Origin: Cyanophora paradoxa CCMP329
Taxonomy: Eukaryota > Plantae > Glaucophyta
DNA: 64,000 bases
Assembly: GCA_004431415.1 (NCBI GenBank)
Contig: QPMI01000062.1
Location: 310,001-374,000 of the forward strand
Direction of reading: 5' to 3'
This document shows positions 59,925 through 64,000 of the stretch, piece by piece; position 1 is the first letter of the stretch, and each line of letters opens with the position of its first letter. The translations under genes and the position numbers were made by a program. The notes under the pieces were generated by a model. It did not search any database. It saw nothing but the letters and a program-made list of their open reading frames with translations, and had not been told where the DNA came from.

Positions 59925-60393
59925 GACAAGCTCCTCTCTGCCGCGCAACTGCGCGTTTGCTAAATGTGCTGAGCGCTTGCGTGGCGTTGAAGTGAAGCGA
60001 GCCGTTCAAATGCAACGTACCCCGACCGTAACCTGTACCCCATTCCAAGATTCGAAAGCACAGTGTTGCCACTCCACTACGTACACAGCAGTGGAACTCC
60101 AGATGCACGCGCACTTCGGCTGGCCTGCTCTGAGCCCGAAATGCAGTCAGACTTGGGCGGACGCGCAGCCGTAGCCGGCGCCCGCGCCGACGGAGCCTCG
60201 GGGAAAGATAAGCTTTAAGTAGAAGCTGGAATTCGACAAATGCGGCCTTGAGCCGCTTCCCATGGGGGCCTCTCGCATCTGAAGCGTTCGAGTTACATGC
60301 CCTGCTCAGCTGGGCGCGCGCGTACGGGAGTGGACGTGGAGCGTGCCGCAATGCGCCTAGTCGGATGGTCGTAGATTTCCGGGATTCCGAGCA

Positions 60394-61372
60394 ATGGATG
60401 CACAAGGTACGCGGTCTTTTTCGTGGCCGGATCTCGCCGCTTTGTCCGTCCCGCGGCTACGCTGCACAATCCGACGTACGCGCGGCAGGATCGGGTTCGT
60501 CGTGCGGCGCGGGGCGGTTAGGCGGAGCTGGAGGGCCCCCTCCCGATACGGCGGCGCTCACCGATGAGGACTGGCTGAAGCTCGTCGACGGGACGCACCC
60601 GCTGTACGCCCACCCGCTGCCCGGCTTCGGGCTCGGTGAGGAGTTCTGGGGCGGCGTCGACCCGGGCGCGCCCGTCTCCGGCGGCCCGGGCAGCGCGCCG
60701 CGGGGGCCGGAGCTGCAGCTGCCCGGCGGCGCGTGGGGCGCCCCCTCCTTCTACAGCAACGTCAGCAGCTGGGCCGCCGCCTCCAACCTCGGGGGCCCCG
60801 TCGGCCTCCCCCCGGGCGAGAGCCTGCGGCCTCTCCCGCGCCCGGGCCCCGCCCCGTATGGGCGTCCGGGGGGCAGCTCGCCCCACGAGACCGAGGTGGG
60901 CCGGCTCCCGCGGGCGGCGCCCGGCGGGGCAGAGGCGCCGGCGGCGGGGGAGGGCCCGTACGGGCGGGAGGTGGAGGCGGCGGCGGCGCGGCTGGCGGCG
61001 CACATCAACCGGGAGCGGCTGCTGAAGGGCTCGCGGCGCGGCTCGCACAGCTCGACGTCGAGCGCGCGGGTCAGCACGCAGCTCGGCGAGGCCGCCGCCG
61101 GAGGCGGAGGCTGCTGCCCCGCCCGCCCCAGCATCGCCCTCTCGGTGCTCAGCGGCTGCACGGCCGGCGAGGCGCCCGACGCTGCGGCGACCTCCGACCG
61201 CGAGGCCGCGCCGGGCGGCCTCGAGGCGGCGGTGGAGCTCGAGGAAGCGGAGGCCCGGCGGGAGGCCGCCCCCGCGTCCCCGTCCCGCATCCCGATCCAC
61301 CGCCGCCGCCCATCGCGGACGGGCGCCGGCCAGAGAGCCCCGGGGCGATCACGAGGAGCCCGCCGCGGGTGA
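60394..61372 (+). CDS. Hypothetical low-complexity protein
   Basis: MDAQ-G micro-exon, 82-nt GT-AG intron, then a long open frame (DEDWLKLVDGTHPLY...); no recognisable domain; 3' end uncertain. Confidence 0.4.
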
Positions 61373-62621
61373 CGGCCGCGTGGCCGCCGCCTGCCTCGCC
61401 GCCGCCGCCGCCGAGCGCGGCGCCGCCTCTCCCCGCGGCCCTCTCGGAACTGAAGGTGGAGACCCTGCGCGTGTACGCCGGCAGGAGCGGCGTCGTGGGC
61501 GGCCTCTCCCGCGGCCGCCTGCGATCCGCCGGAGTCAGCACGCAGCTTGCGATCGGCGAGGCCGCCGCCGGAGGCTCCGGCCCCGCCCGCCCCAGGGAAT
61601 GGAACTTTGAAATTGAAATTCGCATATGCGTCACGGTCATGATTGCCCAGCCCGGCCCCGAGGGGCCGCGGCCCCGACGGACGCCAGGCGGCCGCTCGAG
61701 GCTCGAGCCACCGGTACCGGGGCGCCCGGCCGGGGCCCGGGGGCCCGGGGTGACCTCCGGATCCGAGCCTCGGGGCCCCGGCCCCAGGCCCAGGGCCTCA
61801 CTACAGCTGAGCTCGAGTCGGGCCTGCTGAGGGCCTGTGCCGCAGTGCCGCGGTGCCACGCCGTGACAGTGGCAGTCCCACTGGGCCACAGAGCCTGCCA
61901 GGCTGCCACTATAGTGCGCACCGTGGCACCGTGGCACCGTGGCACTGCGGCATGCCATGATGCACGTGCCACGGCCCCCGGGGCCCGGGCCCACACATTT
62001 ACAGCCGCTGAGCTGCAGTGAGTGCCGCCGCGCGCGGCGGCCTCATCGGGGCGGCCTTCCAAGTTCAAACTCAGTGACTTGAAAGCCAATGTGCAAGTGA
62101 TCATGATGATGATCATGATCACCTACCAGTACATCATGATCACGGAGTTAGTCTGCAGCCTGGCAGCTGGCGTGGCCTAAAGCTACTAGCTAGCCGCTGA
62201 GCGCTATCGAGGCTATCGCTATCGATATATTTAGCTAACGAAGGCGCTACGTAATATACGACACTATGCACACTAAATAGCTGCCTATAGCTAGTCACGA
62301 TAAACGACGTGACTGCTGAATAACTTAGAAATACGATGCCATGATGATCAGAACACTGAGCCATGCATACGCCAATGTGACATGTGTACACATGATGCAC
62401 TAATCAGAACGTGGCCTAGATCAGGGGCAAAACGAAGAGAACAGATCAGCAAATTCAGAGGAGGGACATTAGCCACGCCGCTACTAGCCTAGTAGGCTAT
62501 GGGGGACATTGATCATGACCAACGTTGGCGATGCGAGGCGAGCGGACTTCTGGTCCTAAAGCTTGGGATCTAAAGAAACGGGATCCTGATGATGGAAAAA
62601 GAAACTCGAGATCAAAGTTCG

Positions 62622-64000
62622 TCACCGAAAACTGGACCGGAGGTTCGAATTCAGCGCTTTGATTCGGAAAGGGGCCGCAGCGGAAGATGGGTTGCGCTCG
62701 AGAAATGCCGCTAAGGAGGCGGCTCGCGGTTGTACGGGGGTGCCGGGGACCCCGCCGCGGGCCCCGATCGCGACGTCGATGTCCTGGGAAGAGTGGCGGC
62801 GCATCCGGAGGCGCCGGCGGCGCGAGGGAAGCGGCTCGAGGGGACTTCCTCCCGGGCCCAGGCGCCCTCCGGGGCGTGCCCGTGGGGGGCGGCGGGCCGG
62901 GCTCCCGGCGCCGGCGCCGAGCTCGAGGGCGCGTGCGCTTGGCCATGCGAGCTCGAAGAGAAGGGCGGCAGGTGGAGCGCGCTCAGCTGCCACGCGTCAG
63001 CAGACGCCGGCGCCGCGCAAGGCGGGGGTACAGCGTGCGGGACGCACCGGGGGGTAGGGCAAGGCCCAGGCGCCAGGTGCGTCCGAGGCGGGCACGTGCG
63101 CGAAGATGTGGTAGGGGAACGGCAGAAGGGGCGCGGCGGGCAGGCCGGGGGCGGTCCGGAGGGGCGTCAGGGAGACGGGGTGCGCCCCGGGCCAGACGAT
63201 GCGGGGGTACTGGAGGGGCGGGGGCAGCCCCGGGAGGGCGAAGGCGGCGGGCTGGCGATTTGCGTGGGGCCCCGGCAGGCCGTGCGCCGCGGCCGGCTCG
63301 CGATCGCGCGGGGGCCCGGGCCCGGGACCGGGCGCCGGGCCCCTCTTCCGCCCCCGCTTCCGCTGCGCGGCCGCCGCCCCCGCCGGCTCGCCCGAGGCCG
63401 GCGCCCCGGGGCCGGCGGCTGGAGGCGCGCCGGCGGGGCAGCGGCCGCGGAGGGGCCGGGGCCATCGCCCGCCGAGGGGCCATCGCCCGCCGAGGGGCCA
63501 TCGGGGCGGCGCCACGGCTCCCCGTCGGCCCCGCCCTCCGCGCCCTCCCCGTCGCCCTCGGGCTCTCCGCCCGAGCCCTCGCCGGCCTCCGAGCCGCTCT
63601 CCCCCCCCTGCCCCGCCCCAGCGGCCCCCCGCCGGCTCCGCACGCTCCTCCCCCGCTTCTTGTTCGTGACTGCGCGCGCCGCCGCCCGGGGACGGGTCCC
63701 TTGGTCAGCGGAGGCCCCCGGGGCGAGGGCGAGGGCGAGCGGGGCGGGGGTGACGCTGCACGGACACTTGTGCCCCGGGTGCTGCGCTTCGAAGTCCTCC
63801 TTCATCGTCTCCGCCAGCGCCTTGAACCTGCCGCCCCGTGCCCCGCCGTGTCAGCCCCGGCCCCGCCCGGCGGCCTGCTGGCCGAAGATTTCTTTTGTTT
63901 CTTTTGGAGGGGCGGGGTGGCGGCGGCGGGAGGCCTAGAGTGCGAGGGCGAGGGGGGTGGGCGCGGCGGCACGCACTTGGCCCGCTCCCCGTCGGGAAGC
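62622..64000 (-). CDS. HMG-box protein (SOX/TCF/MATA-like box C-terminus), 5' end outside window
   Basis: LPDGERAK-FKALAETMKEDFEAQHPGHK matches HMG helix 3 plus the H/YP-x-Y/HK tail; downstream basic NLS-like KKRGR and RKRGRKR. Confidence 0.7.

Overview
Gene-dense, very GC-rich, intron-rich eukaryotic nuclear DNA. Introns are mostly about 55-85 nt, with donors GTGCGC/GTCCGC and very often GC, so the six-frame ORF track is mostly noise; I rebuilt the genes by hand-splicing exons. Plastid transit peptides starting MAF/MF with FFG/FFAG motifs, together with a GATOR2 subunit, point to a flagellate alga, most likely a glaucophyte (Cyanophora-like; inference). About 22 protein genes lie in almost strictly alternating orientation: anoctamin, WDR59/Sea3, SPRY protein, LRR-coiled-coil-PH protein, AP endonuclease, plastid GPX, G-patch protein, Tctex1, PH-GBD/FH3 protein without FH2, claudin-like protein, asparagine synthetase, type-I membrane protein, ANTH/AP180, plastid ClpS, SET/LSMT-like protein, DnaJ-E zinc finger with CP motifs, Tudor-knot+chromodomain protein, HMG-box protein and several coiled-coil or hypothetical genes. 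The standout is a bHLH-leucine-zipper transcription factor fused to a degenerate LOV-like PAS domain and an intact GKNCRMLQG LOV domain (50737-55208), i.e. a candidate blue-light receptor transcription factor. It is preceded by a duplicated 450-bp module, each copy carrying twin TCACGTGA E-boxes of the class its own basic region should bind, which suggests a light-gated autoregulatory circuit. Several GC-rich genes show apparent frameshifts that are probably assembly errors. Exon boundaries and some start codons are approximate.
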